The position numbers and the translations under genes were made by a program. Below are positions 16,871-20,000 of a stretch of 20,000 bases of DNA, piece after piece. Numbering within the stretch: position 1 is the stretch's first letter; each line of letters starts with the position of its first letter. The notes beneath the pieces were generated by a model that was given only the letters and a program-made list of their open reading frames with translations, was not told the DNA's origin and made no database searches. This DNA comes from an uncultured virus (IMG/VR IMGVR_UViG_3300020050_011573) (lineage: Duplodnaviria > Heunggongvirae > Uroviricota > Caudoviricetes): IMG/VR virus record IMGVR_UViG_3300020050_011573; one strand, given 5' to 3'.

Positions 16871-17154
16871 TGAGACGCAGTTTCTTGAAATCCTTACTCG
16901 CGGGAGTGACCATTGCTGCCGCTCCCCAACTCGCGCAAGCTGCCCCAAAGAAGTCACTGACGCCCAGGGATGCGAGCCTGCGCTTGCTTCAGTTGGCCAA
17001 CCAGATCGAGGCATCGAACTGGGAGAGGGAATTGAAAGACGACATCGCGGCCAGGGTGGAAGAGATTTCCGCTTTGATCCTGGTCAAAACCAAAACCCCC
17101 GCGCTTTGTGGCACGGACACAGAATGCACCAACCTTGAAAGGAAGATTCAATAA
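16870..17154 (+). CDS. Small protein with twin-arginine-like signal peptide, 94 aa
   Basis: MRRSFLKSLLAGVTIAAAPQLAQA|AP; TAATG coupling at both ends. Confidence 0.7.
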   Translation: MRRSFLKSLLAGVTIAAAPQLAQAAPKKSLTPRDASLRLLQLANQIEASNWERELKDDIAARVEEISALILVKTKTPALCGTDTECTNLERKIQ

Positions 17155-17555
17155 TGGACCCATACGAAACACCACCCGAAAACTTTGAAGACCTGCCCCT
17201 TATTCCGCTCAGTTGTGGTGAGCACTTTGCGATTAGTTGCGGTTTTCCAATAATGAATGAATGCCCCGATTGTTCTAACAAAGGTGAAAACGATGGCACA
17301 GCCGGACACTCGAAACTGGCGTCACACTATCGCAGTGGACTGTGGACTGAAATCCGCTGCGAAATCACGGGCATCCATTTGGAGGAAGGGTTAAACAAGC
17401 TTGAACCGTGGCTAACCCTCTCCAACTGCTTCAAATACAACGGTTCAGCCGCAACTATTTCTTTGCCTGCCTCGCAATTGCCCAATGCGAAGATTGGCGA
17501 TCAAATCCGCCTGACCATCGAGGTTGATGCGCCAGGCAATGCGGAGGAATCATGA
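17154..17555 (+). CDS. Hypothetical protein with Cys-rich N-terminus, 133 aa
   Basis: CGEH...C...ECPDC; translationally coupled. Confidence 0.7.
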   Translation: MDPYETPPENFEDLPLIPLSCGEHFAISCGFPIMNECPDCSNKGENDGTAGHSKLASHYRSGLWTEIRCEITGIHLEEGLNKLEPWLTLSNCFKYNGSAATISLPASQLPNAKIGDQIRLTIEVDAPGNAEES

Positions 17556-17758
17556 ACATTGCAGAACAAAAAGAGGAATTTGCCACACTAATAAATAATG
17601 CCGCGACTCTTTTAAGCTTGATAGACGACATGGAACCGTCCATGACCGAAGACCAAGAAAGAACGCTATTTGAGACAAAAAAGTCTATTACGCGCAGGTG
17701 CTGGGAACTGCACTCAGATAACCCTGAACTTGATGAGCCAATTTATTTCCCTTCTTGA
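17552..17758 (+). CDS. Hypothetical acidic protein, 68 aa
   Basis: GGAGG RBS; ATGA overlap. Confidence 0.75.
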   Translation: MNIAEQKEEFATLINNAATLLSLIDDMEPSMTEDQERTLFETKKSITRRCWELHSDNPELDEPIYFPS

Positions 17759-17783
17759 CGCCGCCGAGCATCAGGAGTAAGCT
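17755..17783 (+). promoter_or_regulatory. Sigma70 promoter of the replication operon
   Basis: TTGACG (17755-60)-17-TAAGCT (17778-83). Confidence 0.7.
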
Positions 17784-17790
17784 TTGAATC

Positions 17791-17967
17791 GCTGGCTGGC
17801 TACCAGCATTTACATAGCTTCAAGCTGAACGTGGAAATTCAGTAAGAAGAGAACAACCCAGCAAAACGGCTGAGATTGTGTGATGCCTTCGCGGCGCGAT
17901 GGAGTTTAGCCACTCTTTCGACGTGTTTCCACTAAGGCAAGGCATCACAGAGTTTCAGCCGTTTTTT
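17791..17967 (+). ncRNA. Structured leader / antisense-type regulatory RNA (P4 CI / P1 C4-like architecture)
   Basis: Two 5' hairpins (loops CTGGCTA, CGTGGAAA) and a 27-position stem (17863-17889 with 17939-17965; one mismatch, two G-U) enclosing TAGCCA and TTTCCAC; ends in a U run. Confidence 0.7.
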
Positions 17968-17982
17968 ATTTGGAGTCTCCCT

Positions 17983-18228
17983 ATGTTGTACATCATCCTT
18001 AAACCAAATCCACTTACACCCGCTGCCCCGCAATGCGCTCATCTTTTTATCGGGGACCACGATCAAGCGACCCTAATTGCCAACGATCACGACCGAATAG
18101 TGAAAGTAATTGCTGATGAAGATGAACTTGACTTCATCAATCAAACTTTCGACATTCCTAAAAGCAATCGCAAAGATGAATGCACATGGTTCGGCGATCA
18201 CGCCAAGTTCATCGTTGCCAACTGGTAA
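17983..18228 (+). CDS. Hypothetical protein, 81 aa
   Basis: Start 17983 after GGAG, just downstream of the structured leader. Confidence 0.7.
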   Translation: MLYIILKPNPLTPAAPQCAHLFIGDHDQATLIANDHDRIVKVIADEDELDFINQTFDIPKSNRKDECTWFGDHAKFIVANW

Positions 18229-18248
18229 AAGCAATCGGAGACACACCC

Positions 18249-18428
18249 ATGAAAATTCTAATCAGCGCCCAGGTTCAATACATTTACGAATCAAACGCCA
18301 CCACATTCGATGAAGCGATTCAAGAGGCCAGAGATGCCCTTGATTTCGACATGCACTCTGGCGGCGCAACCGTGGTAAGCATTCAGGATGAAATAAACCT
18401 TTCCACCGACGAAGACGACGATCAATAA
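18249..18428 (+). CDS. Small acidic hypothetical protein, 59 aa
   Basis: GGAG RBS; MKILISAQVQYIYESNATTFDEAIQEA. Confidence 0.7.
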   Translation: MKILISAQVQYIYESNATTFDEAIQEARDALDFDMHSGGATVVSIQDEINLSTDEDDDQ

Positions 18429-18540
18429 CACTCGCACAATTCTCCGCTGGGGATGGTGCCTCTAATCCAGCCCAATTCATAACTCGCTCACTGATCACGC
18501 CTTACGGTCAGTGGGAGGCATTGGGAGAAAAGGCAATACA

Positions 18541-19722
18541 ATGACAGATAAAAAGCGATCATCTCTTACTGGGGAATGGGGGACCTTTGTCTCCGTTCCA
18601 ACCAAATTTACCAAAAACAGCCGATCTTTGACTGACCAAGGCCGATGGTTATTTGTTCTTCTCCGCGAATACACGAACAGCGAAAGCCAGGTAGCGTTTC
18701 CCAGCTATGACACAATCTTTGAACGCACAGGCTGGGCAAGAAAAACCATCTCCAAAGCAATCAGCGATCTTGTCACACACGGCTGGCTTACCTATGAAAA
18801 GTCCTTTGGCGGCGTGAATAATTACACCCTGATCAAGCCCGCCAATAGTTCCAATCGGCAACTATTACAAGAAAGCGTCAATAGTTCCCAACGGAAACTC
18901 CAAAAGTTGCCAATGGAAACTCCAATAGTTCCCGACGGAAACTCTATTAAGATAGAGTCTATCCAGATTGAGTCTACTAAGATTGAGTCTTCTTTGTCGA
19001 AACGCGCAAAAGACGCACGTTCGACGGAGGGTAAAGGGACTTCTCTCCAGATCGTCAAACAGCTTGACCCGCTCGATACCGACTTTGGCTTTCCTGAGAT
19101 GGAGTCGCCAATTGTGCGAGCAATAGTGTGCAAGGCACACGCCCCCGAAGTCGCGCAGCCCCCCACCAGCCCCGACGCCCAGGCCACACTCCGCACCCCG
19201 CACGCACAAGCAGCACTGGTATATCCGGAACTTGCCGAAATAAAGCCCGCCACTGATTCCGCAGGTATCACGGCAAGCATTCAAGCCGTTGAGCCGCCTT
19301 CTACCCCGGTTTCCGCCAAAAGTAGCGCACGTTCTCGCAAGCCCAAGACGGAGAAATCAGCCGAAGAATCGCAAATCTCCGCTGGCGTGGTCGAACTGAT
19401 GAACCACATCGGCAAGAAAATGGGCAAGATTCCGAATCCAGCAGGCCAAGGGAAAGCTTGCAAGGAAATGCTCAAAGCTGGCTATCCCATCGAACGAATC
19501 AAGCAGGAGCTTGAAATTCAACTCGGAGAGCTTCTCAAAGGCCGTCGCCGAGTTGTGACCTGGATGACAGTTCAACAAACAATCACCAGTTCGGTTTACG
19601 CCGAACAACACAAATCCACTGGAGGCAACAATGGAAAACTCGCAACCACAGACAATGACGACCTTTACGCATACTGTGAACAACGATCAAGACTTAGGGA
19701 AAATGGCGAAGCTCATTACTAA
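18541..19722 (+). CDS. Phage replication initiator (N-terminal winged HTH, lambda O/replisome-organiser-like layout)
   Basis: LTDQGRWLFVLL...AFPSYDTIFERTGWARKTISKAISDLVTHGWL..GGVNNY; iterons in the linker; start ATG 18541. Confidence 0.85.
   Translation: MTDKKRSSLTGEWGTFVSVPTKFTKNSRSLTDQGRWLFVLLREYTNSESQVAFPSYDTIFERTGWARKTISKAISDLVTHGWLTYEKSFGGVNNYTLIKPANSSNRQLLQESVNSSQRKLQKLPMETPIVPDGNSIKIESIQIESTKIESSLSKRAKDARSTEGKGTSLQIVKQLDPLDTDFGFPEMESPIVRAIVCKAHAPEVAQPPTSPDAQATLRTPHAQAALVYPELAEIKPATDSAGITASIQAVEPPSTPVSAKSSARSRKPKTEKSAEESQISAGVVELMNHIGKKMGKIPNPAGQGKACKEMLKAGYPIERIKQELEIQLGELLKGRRRVVTWMTVQQTITSSVYAEQHKSTGGNNGKLATTDNDDLYAYCEQRSRLRENGEAHY
18843..18990. repeat. Putative replication origin: four 21-nt iterons plus three 11-mers
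   Basis: CAA(T/A)AGTT(C/G)C-N4-GG(A/C)AACT at 18843, 18879, 18901, 18923 (last three at 22-nt period); AGAT(A/T)GAGTCT at 18950, 18965, 18980 (15-nt period). Confidence 0.85.
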
Positions 19723-20000
19723 ATTATGGGCGCTTTCGTCATCGTTCCGAATTACGGAAGAAGAGGCAAAAGAGCGGGCAATTCACTGGCTGGACTTGTT
19801 TGGCCCGGATATTTTCAATGAGCGACTTCGCTACAAGGTGGCGACCGCGTGTGAAATCCACAAAGACCACGGCAAACCGATTCTAGCGCCTGAATTCTTT
19901 CAAGTCAGCGAGATGGTCAATGCAGATTTGCTTTGGACTGGGAACGAATGGATTCCGCTCAGCCAGGCGCAAACCACCACTTGGAACAGCGATTCACAGT
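19631..20000 (+). CDS. Partial ORF after the initiator, possibly a helicase loader
   Basis: GGAGG RBS at 19621, ATG 19631, open to the window end (MENSQPQTMTTF...AIHWLDLFG...); function from position only. Confidence 0.6.
   Translation, partial: MENSQPQTMTTFTHTVNNDQDLGKMAKLITKLWALSSSFRITEEEAKERAIHWLDLFGPDIFNERLRYKVATACEIHKDHGKPILAPEFFQVSEMVNADLLWTGNEWIPLSQAQTTTWNSDSQ

Noticed and set aside
17899..17982. N-terminal extension of ORF 17899..18228
   Set aside because: It runs through the structured RNA; ATG 17983 has the RBS.
18450..18520. Hairpin CTCACTGATC/GGTCAGTGGG upstream of the initiator as an ncRNA
   Set aside because: A single stem with no further supporting pattern; too weak to call.
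18843..18990. CRISPR array
   Set aside because: Repeats are tandem without unique spacers and lie inside a replication gene; no cas genes.

Overview
This window is phage or prophage DNA; no integrase, att site, portal, capsid or tail gene is recognisable. The left third is one uninterrupted minus-strand ORF (6551 to <1, at least 2183 codons) that the ORF track misses. It encodes a large polyvalent, DarB-like protein with ART-PolyVal-like, HExxxH metallopeptidase-like, InPase and N6-adenine methyltransferase modules, and is preceded by a probable ejection protein gene with its own sigma70 promoter. A leftward operon (11627 to 7974) starts with a multi-pass membrane protein whose last codons carry a canonical -1 frameshift signal (G GGA AAC, 6-nt spacer, 12-bp hairpin) predicting a ~555-aa fusion. 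That operon is punctuated by two tRNA-like RNA structures. A palindromic divergent promoter drives an apparently leaderless RHH regulator and three small genes. Next come terL/terS (minus strand), a rightward cluster of small genes, a structured leader with two loop-loop complementarities resembling P4 CI / P1 C4 antisense control, and an HTH replication initiator with internal iterons. All family assignments come from manual translation and motif recognition, not database searches.
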